From NCBI RefSeq assembly GCF_001194135.2, contig NC_069004.1, forward strand, positions 19,777,751 through 19,841,750: a DNA stretch of 64,000 nt, written 5' to 3'. The notes beneath the pieces are model-generated. The model did not search any database. It was not told where the DNA came from and worked only from the letters and a program-made list of their open reading frames with translations. Numbering within the stretch: position 1 is the first letter of the stretch; the number at the start of each line of letters is the position of its first letter. The position numbers and the translations under genes are program-made. This DNA comes from Octopus bimaculoides (Eukaryota). Below are positions 51,154 through 62,764 of this stretch, piece by piece.

Positions 51154-51375
51154 GGCGATCTTACGCTACCAGTTCCAAAGCTGTCACTTAAACCACGTGT
51201 GTTTATTTACATTACATCAGCCGTTTCCGTAAAAGGGTTTTAGGGTTAGGGTTAGGGTTACGGACGGAATTCCCTAACCCTAACCCTAAAACACTTTTAT
51301 GGAAACGGCTGATGTGATGTAAATAAACACACGTGATTTAAGTGACAGCTTTGGAACTGGTAACGTAAGATCGCC
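51154..51375. mobile_element. Merlin-type fold-back MITE with inward telomeric repeats
   Basis: 104-bp arms with 5 mismatches, starting GGCGATCTTACG; perfect 9-bp TSD GTTATAACT (51145-53 / 51376-84); centre (TTAGGG)3TTA-11 nt-(CCCTAA)3. Confidence 0.82.
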
Positions 51376-51800
51376 GTTATAACTTTTTGTTGTTCTGTTT
51401 AATATATACATAGATTATGCCTCCAAAGAGTTTGCTGGGGAAAGAAAGCAACCGGTTTAAAATGACAGCAACAGACTGCAGCAATTCACCACATTCCAGA
51501 AGCTACTTTGAACATAATGCAAAATGGTGCATCAACACCTTCTGCCCAATCTGATAGAATTCTGGCAAAATTGTGTAGCAACAGATCGCCAGCAATTGCT
51601 TCATCACATATTGCCATCCTAGCTCATGCTAAAAGGGATTACCTTACTATGTATAATCAGGGCAGCGCAAAAAGTTGTTTTGCACAAGCATTTCTATAGT
51701 CAATTAGACGGATGAAATTTACGTACACTTAATAATGTTAAACAAAGCAGCCTTCAGACTTTCCCTATTAATTTCATCGTCTTTTGAATTATGAACATAT

Positions 51801-52363
51801 GGTAATCTTCCAGTTTAGGGGGGTAAAAAAAGTAAATAAAAAATATACAAGGGAAATAACTTAACGTCTTACTAGTATTATCCGTACAACTCTGAAATGT
51901 GTTTTTTTTTAGCTGTTTATAAATCACACACGTGTTTTTTTTGTTTTTTTTTTTAACAAGTCCGCATGGTACTAAACAATCCTCGCAGGTAAACTTATTC
52001 CTAATAAGCCGACGGCGCGCACACCATTCCAACATTTTGTGTCTTGAACTGCTGCACAATTCACTAATATTCTTCTATGATTAATTGACGAGTGAGTATT
52101 TCATTTTGAGGAACAATAAGTTGTTGTGCAGCCGGTCTTCCACGCGAGATTTTCGATCTCTCAGCCGGTACTATGAGATTCAATGACGTGTGTGATTTAT
52201 ATATAAACAGTTAACTTCCATCAAATCAAGTGTGTGATTTATTTATAAACAGCTAAAAAAAAACCCATTTCAGAGTAGTATGGATAATACTAGTAAGACG
52301 TTAAGTTATTTCCCTTGTATGTTTTTATTTACTTTTTTTACCGCCCTAAACTGGAAGATTACC
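51801..52363 (-). mobile_element. Merlin (IS1595/IS1016-related) deletion derivative
   Basis: ~130-bp TIRs starting GGTAATCTTCCAG; perfect 9-bp TSD TGAACATAT (51792-800 / 52364-72); internal minus-strand remnant LEWCARRRLIRNKFTCEDC resembling a Merlin transposase N-terminus. Confidence 0.82.
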
Positions 52364-52629
52364 TGAACATATTTACATAAGGGTTTTTTCGTTGTAAGGC
52401 TTTCTTTTTTAGTTTAGACTAGCGAGACTTATCGTAGATGGCGTAATAAGTCACACCCGGACAACGTCGGGTTATACTGCTAGTATATAAATAAAACTCG
52501 GTGACCACCATTGAAACGTCATTGAAGTAAAATAGCCATTTATGTATCACACTTATTGATTGATTTATCAACAAAAAGGAAGACGCTAAAATTCTGAAAC
52601 CTGAAAGAGTTATCTCCCCTCGAAACTAA

Positions 52630-52640
52630 TTCGCGCGAAA
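52630..52640. promoter_or_regulatory. Palindromic E2F-type site in a CpG-rich candidate MRE11 promoter
   Basis: TTCGCGCGAAA contains TTTCGCGC on the minus strand. It lies in the CpG-rich patch ~52430-52960 upstream of the MRE11 5'UTR acceptor, with a possible donor AG|GTTTGG at 52706/52707. Confidence 0.45.
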
Positions 52641-54059
52641 ATTGCTTCGTTATATCCTGTTCCGTGTTCAGACTGTTGACTACTGCTTTTATTAACAACA
52701 AATTAGGTTTGGTTAAATTATTCATCTCTTTCTCTCTCTTCAGTGTGATTGAGGAGTCTCGTAGTGCATCAAGTCTGGTATTTTGTTTTTGGTTAAGTTC
52801 TTAATGAACCTTAGTTCAATTGTAAATGTCCCTTTATTTACGACTGTTGTGTTTCGTGCGATCACGTGTAGTACAGTTTTGGTTATTGTTTAGTCTCCGA
52901 GCCTGTCCTCTTTCAGCAGACTTGTGTTTAAACGCAATCCTTCTGTGAATATCCTTTGCGGTTTTATCAAAGCACAATATGTCTGGACATGGAATATGTT
53001 CTTCCTTTTGAAGACGTTACAGTGTTATATGATGTAGACTTGGCCGTTATTTCTAGCAGTTTAGATGATTACTTTCCACTCCTTGTGTTAATCAGATGGA
53101 CCACAGAACTGTTGCAATATCATTAAATTTATTTCAAATGAAATTTGCTTCAAATATGTAGGGCCAGTCAGGTAGTACTGGCATCGGCCACGCTTGAATG
53201 GTGCTTTTTACATGTCACTGGCACTGGAGTCAGTCAGGTGGCACTGGCAACATGCTCGAATGGTGCTTGTTACGTGCCACCAGCACGGGACCAGTCAGGT
53301 AGCACTGACATCGACCACACCTGAATGGTGCTTTTTACAAGAATATTTTTCTCTCCATAGACACATATATGCTATTAAAAAAATTTTTGAAAATATATGA
53401 CTTTTTTCAACCCTATTCCCCCTCATTGTTTCTTTTTTATCTTTTATGTTTTAGACTGTGGCCATGCTGAAGCATCGCCTTGAAGAATTTTTTAGTCGAA
53501 TGAATGAGCCACTAGTGGTGGCTCTTAGATAAAATTAGTGGGGGTGCTGCTTTGAAAATTTTAAACCATTGTTTTAATATTGTGTAAAAAAAACAAACAA
53601 ACATAAAAAGAAAATTTATACACAAATTTGATTGGTTCATGTTTTAGCTACTGCTGGGTAGTGTGCTTAATTTGTTCACTGAACACCGCTGCGAATTCCC
53701 CCTTGTTTTTCAAATATCCCCCCAAATCACAAAATAAGTGGGGTGGAATCTGCCCTATTTTTCAAATCCTGGCAGCAACACTAACTGGAAGCAGGATAAT
53801 AATCTAATTCTACACTTTATCACATTCAAGAATATAAACACATTTTTAAGCACAACACACACAATCAAAAAGAAATACTACCTTTTACCAATACACCAGG
53901 GTCGGCACTGTGTGAACCACAGTGCTCTCTCTCCCTACCATGAATCTTCCTATCTTGGACATGTGAGCATGCGCACAACAGCTAAACATCGCATCACTGG
54001 AACTGTAAAGTACACAGTTCTATACAAAGATTTAAAAAATTTTTGTCGTAAACTTGGGG

Positions 54060-55324
54060 ATGGCTACTGACATTAAGCTTAAGGATTATATAATGTACAA
54101 GTATAAAGAAAGAATTAAAGAAAAAAGGACTCATATTGAATGTTATCGATCACAACCCTGAAGAATGGCGACTTTTCATAGATAGCTCAGCAAAAAGTCT
54201 CAAAGCCGCTTTATTACACAATGGAAATCAGCATCCATCCCTGCCTATTGCATACTCAGTACAGATGAAAGAAGAAAATAACAGTGTAAAAGAGCTCCTT
54301 GAGAAAGTAAAGTATAAGTTTAAATGGGATGCTTGTGGCGACTTTAAAATGCTTGCCTTCTTACTTGGATTACAGGGTGGGTACACTAAGTATTCATGTT
54401 TTCTTTGCCTATGGAACAGTAGGGTTGATCATGAACATTACCAGAAGGCTGAGTGGCCCCCATGAGATGAATCCAGCCATGAAAGCTAAATGTCATAAGA
54501 CAACCTCTTGTAGAGCCTGCAAAAGTGTTGTTACCTCCACTTCACATAAAGCTGGGTTTGGTCAAGCAGTTTGTAAAGGCTTTAGATTGTGGTGGAGAAG
54601 CACGTCAAGAAATTCGTCTACTCTTTCCAAAGCTATCTTAAGTGTGGTATATTTATTGGACAAGTAAGGAAAGTGCCAAGGTCAGTAAAACTTGAAAATG
54701 TGATAAATGATCTAGAAAGAGAGGCATGGTGTGCATTTCAAGATACTGTCAATGGATTCCTTGGCAATAACAAACACCCAAACTACAAGCAGGTTCTAGC
54801 AAAACTCATTGAGAGTTAGAAGAATTGAGGCTGTAGAATGTCATTAAAGGTTCACTTTTTGCATTCGCATTTAGACTTTTTCATGAAAACTTAAGTCAAG
54901 TGAGTGAGGAACATGGTGAGTGATTCCACCAGAATATTGCTACAATGGAGAGAAGATACCAAGATGGGGGACTATATATAGTCATTGGTGCATACAGATT
55001 TAGGAGCTCACAGTAGGAGGGCATGATCTTCACTGCATTTCTAGTAAAATCTTATAATCTCATCATAGTTTTGCTTACATTTCTCATTAGTTTAAAAATA
55101 AATGTTAGGACAAAATATTTTTAGTTCCTGTTAATGTTCAATGGGAATAAGTTGAATAAAGTACTATCGGAGCTAAATTTTGTTCCCATTCTCTAGAAAA
55201 CTGCAATTATCTCCTAAAATACTGATGCTATGCAATTTTCAAGGGTAGTTTTGAAATCAGGAGGAAAAAATTAGCTGTGAAACACTAAAAACATTTAGAC
55301 AAACAAAACTTGTGTTATCCAGTA
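54060..55324 (+). mobile_element. CMC-superfamily (Chapaev3-like) DNA transposon relic
   Basis: WRLFIDSS, CGDFK, YSCFLC, LLPPLHIKLG, KVHFLHSH and SEEHGE give the D-D-C2C-LH-H4H-E signature; right end ...TATCCAGTA|TAA. Confidence 0.7.
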
Positions 55325-56376
55325 TAATGACAAAGTTATTTTACTAAAGTTTTCGTTATTTTCAAAACAAATTGAAACAAAGGCAGTACATTTCAGTTGA
55401 AATATTGAAACAAAAGTGTTAATATTGTTTGATCAAACATACCTCTTATCAAAGGCATTCCAGCCTTGAGCATCCTGTATGTTACTGTCCTCTAGACAAG
55501 TTGGCGGATGACGTCTGTAATATTTTGACATAGTTATTACAGCTGGATGCCCTTCCTATCACTAGCCATGTTACACTAATGTCAGGGAACTCTTTAAATT
55601 GTTATCCATTTTTGACTATTTGAACCAATTCACTCTTGGAAATATATCTGTCATTCAATTTGACAACGCAGACAGTAAGAAAGAATTACCAACCAAGTCA
55701 TCATTTGGGAACTGAGCTAAGAGAAGATGAACTCTAATTGTCCTTCCAAAATTATGGTCCGGACTCTCATGAAGGACAGTGGCACCATGGTATCATGACT
55801 ACTTAAGTACTTAGGTCACTGAGGTTGGAATGAGGCATGTGGTGTGCCATTATTGTAGCTGATAGATCATCGTCGTCATTTAATGCCCATTCTCCATGCT
55901 TGCATGGGTTGGACAGTTTGACAGGCCCAAGAATACCCTTTTTAATTCCAACCATTTTACAGCATGTATTGGTGGGTCTTTTTGCTTGACACCAACCCTA
56001 GAGGTTGCCGTGCAGCTTGCAAGTCTACAAGACCTCCAGTGGTAGGGGAACATACTAGGAGAATGAAGAGTAAACAGTGATTAAGTATGAGAGAAAAAGG
56101 CTGATGGAACTGGAAAGTGTTATAAGTGGTGATGAGGTGTCAGAGTGGACCTTCAAGGTACAAAATGGTTAGGAATGAATGGGGCAGGGATGAGTGAGTA
56201 GAAGAAGTAGAAGATGCCTGATGGTGCAAGGCGGCAGAATAGAAATAATGACAGAGTAAACAGGGGGATAAAAGAGAGCTGGTGTGCTGTTGGGTCAGTT
56301 GCAGGAGTGGATGGGGAAAAGAGAAAAATAAATATTCAGTAAAGCATTTTCTTTTAATATTTATTTTCAGAAAATA

Positions 56377-57415
56377 ATGGTCTCTCAAGATGGTTCAGAA
56401 GACAATTCACATCAGTTCAAGATTTTGTTGGCCTCTGATATTCACCTGGGATATATGGAAAATGATTCTGTTCGAGGCAATGATTCCCTTGTAACATTTG
56501 AAGAGATCCTTGAAAAAGCCAAGCAAAATGATGTTGATTTCATACTTTTTGGAGGAGATTTGTTTCATGAAAACAAACCATCTCGTTCAATCCTACATGG
56601 CAGTCTGGCACTGTTACGCAAATATTGCATGGGAGACAAACCAATACAATTTGAGTTTGTTAGTGACCAATCTGTGAATTTTGAACACTGCACTTTCCCA
56701 TCATTGAACTATGATGATCCAAATCTCAATATTTCCTACCCAATATTTTCCATCCATGGTAACCATGATGACCCTACAGGCCAAGGAAACCTTTGTTCTC
56801 TTGATCTGTTTCACACCATTGGGCTTATTAACTACTTTGGCAAATGTACATCTCTTGACAAAATAGTTTTGTCTCCATTGCTCTTGCAGAAAGGAAGAAC
56901 AAAGCTAGCATTGTTTGGACTTGGATCAATTCAAGATGAGCGTTTACATCGCATGTTTCTCAAGAAAAATGTCTCCATGCTACGACCCAAAGAAGACAGA
57001 GAAGACTGGTTTAATGTATGTGTGCTCCACCAGAATCGTGCCAAGCATTCAGCCACTAAATATATCCCTGAACAGTTTCTAGATGATTTTATTGATCTTG
57101 TTGTGTGGGGCCATGAACATGAATGCCGAATAGACCCTGAATGGAATAATGTACAGAACTTTTATGTATGTCAGCCTGGCAGCTCTATAGCAACATCACT
57201 GAGTCCATCTGAAGCTGTACAAAAACATGTTGCTCTTCTCTCTATTGATGGTAAAAATTTCAAGATAAGTAAACTTCCTTTGGAAACAGTGAGGCAGTTT
57301 TATATTGAAGATATTGTTCTAATGGAAACAAATCTGAAACCAGATGATCTGAAAATCTCAAAGAAAATGGAAGACTTTTGTGCTGAGAAAGTTGATAATT
57401 ATGTCCGTCTTGCTG
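56377..57415 (+). CDS. MRE11: Double-strand break repair nuclease MRE11, first coding exon containing the entire phosphoesterase domain
   Basis: Acceptor ttttcag at 56370, ATG at 56377, donor G|gtttgt at 57415/57416. Motifs DIHLG, GGDLFH, GNHDD, LHQNR and GHEH are all intact. Confidence 0.97.
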
Positions 57416-57734
57416 GTTTGTAGCATTTTATTATTTGATCCTTTTGTGAAACTCCATGTTAACTATTGATTCTAAAATAGGGGCAACAGCCTCAGTACTT
57501 AGCTGGTATTTTATTATTTTGACTACACCTTTATAATTTCTAATTTAGACACAAGCTCACTAATTTTGGGGGAATGTATTTACTTGATTAAATCACCCCC
57601 GCTCTCCTGCTACTTTATTTTATTGACCTATCAGGATGAAAGACAAAGTTGACTTCAGTAGGAATTGAACTCAGAATGTAAGGAGCTTGGACAAATATAT
57701 CAAGGCAATTTCCAATACTCTAACAATTCTAATA

Positions 57735-58190
57735 CAGCATCTTGATAATGATAATAGTAATGATGATAATAATAAAATGCCCTAATGCAGTACCAGGCAG
57801 TGGCTCTCATGGCTTCTGATCTTAACTGATTGGAAGTGTTATCATGTACATTGTTTTGTCTTGGTATAAAAAGATGGGCTACAGCAAATATTCTGCACAA
57901 TACCACAGATTTACTTGTCAGTTGCTTGACCTTAACTAGTTGAGCATGTCCCTTAGTGGCTGATATGTGCATCTCTGATCACAAGCAGAAGTAGTGGGGA
58001 AGCATCATAGCCATGTGTTGAAAGGAATTCTTTGGGGTTTGGATAATTCACCTCTGGAAACATGGGTGTTTTGTTTATCATCCTTAAACAACCCTTATTC
58101 AGGGACCTTTCGAGCGGGATGGGCTACTCAACCTGAAGAAAATTCTAACTGGACCCCACCTATTTATCTTGACATAGTGTACCCTTATCA
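57735..58190 (-). mobile_element. Unclassified interspersed repeat with (AAT)n-type tail
   Basis: Non-coding block of distinct composition bounded by an AAT/GAT run; family not assignable. Confidence 0.4.
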
Positions 58191-58915
58191 GATGGGTATA
58201 CTGGGCTTTGTATATTTTACCCCTGTGTCACTTAGATGGCATGCACTGCTCTCTCACTTAATAATTCTTTCCAAAAAAAGAAAAGGGTCTGAAATTTAGG
58301 GGAAAAGAACTAATTGATTGCATTGACTCCAGTACTCAACTGGTTCTTATTTTATCAACCTAAGTGTGAAAGGGTTGATGTAGTTGACTTAAGCGGCATT
58401 TAAATTCAGTATGTAAAGGTGGAAGAAATATAAAGAGCCAGAATAAATACCTGATGCACTAACAGCCAGCTTGTTGGTTTCTAGCATGGGCACAATGCCC
58501 CAGACTTTTTGAAGTATATATCAAATTATACTTCACTACTTTGCTAGTATTTTATTTTATCAACATTGGAAGAATGATATTCTAATGATTCCACCAATCC
58601 ACTGCTCTAAAATAATAATAATTTAGGCACAAGACCAATTTTTTAAGGGAAGGAGATAAGTAAATTACATTGGCCCCCAAACATTTGATTGGTATTTTAT
58701 TTTTAATTGATCTCAGAAGGTTGAAAGGCAAATTTGACCATGCAAGTATGAAGAGCTGTAACTAAATGCCACAAAGTATTTTGTCAATGATTCTGCCAAT
58801 AACAACCATTAGAAATTTCATTTATTTTTTTCATAAATTCACTTTTTACATTTGTGAAAACTCACAATGTTTTCCTCTTAATATCTTGTTGTGTATTTAC
58901 TTCTATTTCCTCCAG

Positions 58916-59012
58916 AATCTTCACACACAGGACATGCTAAACAACCAAAGAAACCCCTTATTCGTCTGCGTGTTGATTACAGTGGAGGTTATGAACCGTT
59001 TTCTTCATTTAG
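58916..59012 (+). CDS. MRE11: MRE11 second coding exon (gene continues beyond the window)
   Basis: ctccag|AA TCT...TTT AG|gtaggt. [31 protein letters not shown] matches the MRE11 [12 protein letters not shown] motif; the phase fits the previous exon. Confidence 0.94.
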
Positions 59013-60594
59013 GTAGGTTTTTAACTTTTTAAAAATTTTGGTTGAGACATTTGTCACTTCTCACTTGCAATGCCTTCATATTTTTTTTATTTTTTAATAA
59101 CCTAATCAGAAGAAGACAGCATCCATAACTTTTTCAGTGGTATTGACATAGGTTTAAGGAAGGAATCCAGTTGTTCATTGACCATAGACCTGTCCTAATT
59201 ACTTGCAATTGAGAAGATTACGTTAAAAACACTGAAGTGCCAGGTGATGGTGTGAAACTGAGCACTGAATTAAGTTCTCCAATTGTTCCCCCGCCCAATA
59301 GGAACAGTCCTTATGGAAGGATTCCACACAATTTTCCATTGACTAAATTCAACTCAGATTGTTTTGGTCAACTTGAAACTAAGTTACAAGACTTGCTGAA
59401 GATGCTCTGCAGTTGAATGAAACTTCGAATGCAAAACAGACTTCTTAACTACCTCTCAGCACTTGGCATAAAGCCACATCCTCCTCTTAAATACTTATCC
59501 CACCCCTTTTTTATGGGGTAGGGTTTTTTTCTGTTCTTTCATGTCTTGTTGTGACCTCACTAGTTCCAGTGTCAAAAACATCCAGTATATACAGATCCTG
59601 TCAAACTGTCCAACTCAGACCATCATGGAAAAAGAATGTTAAATGATGATGATGATGACGATGATGATGAAGAATGTGATTCAACCAAAACTAAATCCGT
59701 GGAAAAATAGTAACACTAATAATTTCTTTCATTTAGGCTCTTTTGATAATTTATCTCTGCTATACAAAAGTTGTAATGACAAACAGCAGAAACACTATGT
59801 GACACATAGCAACTAAATTTCTTTCACCATACACTATTGACTTAAAAGAAAGATAGGATACATTGGGTAAAGTAGTCCTAAGCTGGAAAAAAAAGACTAT
59901 GGTTACAACTGGAATGTTATCAAGGGTCTGTTTGAGTAGAGCTGACCTGCATCTAAATAATAACAGTTTTTATAAGTTCTGTGGTGGTAACTTCTCAGTA
60001 TCAGCTCAGAAATGTCAATGAGGTTTCTCTTTGTTGATGACATCAGTGTAGAACTTTCTTATAATAATTCTTTCTAACAGATGCAGACCAGAAATTTGGT
60101 GGGAGGAAAGGAGTTGGTTATATTAACCCTTGTACTTGACTATTTTATCAATCCTGGAAAGATAAGATGCAAAAACAACTTTGGTGTTTAATAATTCTTC
60201 CTACTATAGGCACAAGGCCTTAAATTTTGTGGGAGGGTGCTAGTTGATTACATCAACCCCAGTGTCATACTGGTACTTATTTTATTGACCCTGAAAAGAT
60301 GAAAGGCAAAATTGACCTTAGTGGAATTTGAACTTAGACCATAAAGCTGGAAGAAATGCTGTGAAGTATTTAATAATAACCTTATAATTCTGCTTGTCAT
60401 TTTTTTATGAGTTTTGAATATGCAAATAAAGCTCCTATTCCATGAAGATGGTATACCTGATACCCATGGATACTACAGTCTATGCTAATCATCCCAGGAA
60501 TATGGACTGTGATCTTAAGGGATGTGATTTGGCGAAATGTGCGTAGCAATGCATTAAAATATTTATAGATTCCATCCAAGGATTATTGTTATTA

Positions 60595-60992
60595 TTACTT
60601 GGCTCCTGTGCTGGTGACATGTAAAAAGCACCATTTGAGCGTGATCGTTACCAGTGTCGCCTTACTGGCACTTGTGCCTGTGGTACATGAAAAGCAACAT
60701 TCGAGCGAGGTTATTACCAGTGCCACTGGACTGACTCCTGTGTAGGTGGCATGTAAAAAACACCATTTCGAGCGTGGCCGTTGCCAGTACCGCCTGACTG
60801 GCCCTTGTACCGGTGGCACGTAAAAGCACTCGCTACACTCTCGGAGTGGTTGGCATTAGGAAGGGTATCCAGCTGTAGAAACTGCCAGATCAGATTGGAG
60901 CCTGGTGCAGCCATCTGACTTGCCAGTCCTCAGTCAAACCGTCCAACCCATGCCAGCATGGAAAGCAGACGTTAAAAACGATGATGATGATA
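60595..60992 (+). mobile_element. SINE with RTE-like (GAT)n tail
   Basis: Same family as 3929-4466. Confidence 0.82.
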
Positions 60993-61129
60993 TATATAAG
61001 GGAATTCCAAGCACGTTTCGTGGTTTGCTACCTCAACNNNNNNNNNNNNNNNNNNNNNNNNNNNNNNNNNNNNNNNNNNNNNNNNNNNNNNNNNNNNNNN
61101 NNNNNNNNNNNNNNNNNNNNNNNNNNNNN

Positions 61130-62752
61130 GCAGGTGACTGACCATCCTGCCAATTTTCCTTTTAAATACTTGCCACTAGGCTCCAGCAACCAGCACCAGC
61201 TAACTGTCATGTGACACTGTCTAAGCTTCAACTGACCAAGGGAAGGGAAGGGCGCGTAGTTGTAGCCTGTGCCCTCTCTAAACCTGCCTTCAGTTCCAGC
61301 TGTTTGGTGGTACAAGCCTTCAAACCAGGAAGAGGGCGCACTATGAATGAGATCGCTTCCTTGGCCCACCTGTCAATCAGCGATGCTGCTTAAGTGTCAG
61401 CCAGCCTCACCTAGTGATGCTATTTCCTAGTTGGCATGCTATAGCTTTCAAGCCATTTTGGGTCTTCTCGCTTCAGCCATATATAGAAACTGACTTTTTC
61501 GACTGCCTCCTGTAACCTCCTTATTACTTTTCTCAGCTCTGAGCTTGAAAATGCAGACCTTCTTTTAAGTAACGTCATCATTTTCCTTTCAATGAAGCCT
61601 CTAGCTCCCACTGCCAGATGGTAATAACGACAGGCCATCCCTGTTCTCCGCATTCTTTGATTAATCTCTCATACCTCTTCTCCTTCCATTGCTCTGCATT
61701 AGTGATGTTCTCTTCCCATGACACTGCCTTTTTTTCCTCCTTCTGGAAGTATATTTTCCTGCGCTTTTCCACTTTTGGGTATCCTCCCCTATTATATCCT
61801 TCAATCTTCTCCTTGAGTGCTGCACTTATGACGCCGAGGACTTGATTGTGACACCATTTATATCTGTCTAGTGCTAGCCTGCAGTTTGACAGAACATGTC
61901 TTGCCATTGCTTTCTCTCCGCATCTTCATTCATCAGTTGTTTGTATGTTCCACCGGATTAAATTCGCCAGTGAAGGTAAAATGTCGAAGGTAGACTTGAT
62001 CAGGAAGGATGTTCTTGCTTGTTCCAAAGCCCAAAGTTCCTTCCATGAGATTCTGCACCTGACTACATATTCCTCCCATCTCAGGCACTGTCCCTGTTGA
62101 CTACATTGCACCAAATGTCCATTTCGCATTTCTTCCTCCTTTCTCACTTCGTGTACCACTGCCTCTTTCATCTCTTGCAAAATGGCCTAAAATTGTGCGA
62201 CCCTAGACCGGCTCTTGCTTCTTGCGTTGCTCCGACTATATCGGCGTGCCCTAACTTTCCGATTGCCCTGTTTACTGCTTCTTCCGAATTCCATTTCCTC
62301 CCTGTTCATAACTTTGGAGGGTTTTCTTGGATGCTCTGATCTTTTGAATACCTTAGCATCATTACTGTTCTCGCCTTTCCTGCTTTATATTCTTCGGTGA
62401 TTGATGTTATTGGTAGTTGCAGCATGGGTTTTCCATATAGTGCAGTTGTATTCAGTGGTTTCGGCAGACCAAGCCATTTTCTGATAAACACACTGCATCT
62501 TTGTTCCATCCTTTCTACTCTGCTCAAGGCTATTTCATACACTTGCAATGGCCACATTATCCTTGGGTACAGTCCAAATTGCAGTATCCAACATTTGAAT
62601 TTCCCTGGTAATGTCATTCTGTCAATTGCCTTTAGTCCTTGTTCCACTAAATCATGTTTCTTTACTTTGCTTCTTATCATTTAGTAAACCTCTTACCATC
62701 TACCGAGTCTCTTTACTGGTTGTTCATTCACCGTTGGTATATCTTCATTGTT
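61130..62752 (-). mobile_element. Hero-like (R2 superfamily, REL endonuclease) LINE, 3' portion, decayed
   Basis: LPGKFKCWILQFGLYPRIMWPL, FIRKWLGLP, STFDILPSLANLIRW, HVLSNC..ALDRYKWCHNQVL, WEENITNAEQWKEKRY, AVGARGF. Confidence 0.85.
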
Positions 62753-62764
62753 GGTATATATATA

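Larger units (their letters stand above)
50200..52483 (+). mobile_element. Non-autonomous Helitron with nested elements
   Basis: A|TC 5' end at 50200; subterminal hairpin CCCGGACAACGTCGGG at 52456-71; CTAG|T 3' end at 52480-83. Confidence 0.8.

Noticed and set aside
51240-51289. Relic of a chromosome end-to-end fusion
   Set aside because: Only three repeats per side, embedded in 104-bp TIRs with a 9-bp TSD, and a homologous arm exists at 33915; a transposon explains it better.
56377-57423. MRE11 as a processed pseudogene
   Set aside because: Catalytic motifs are intact, there is an upstream acceptor, and a phase-compatible downstream exon has canonical splice sites.
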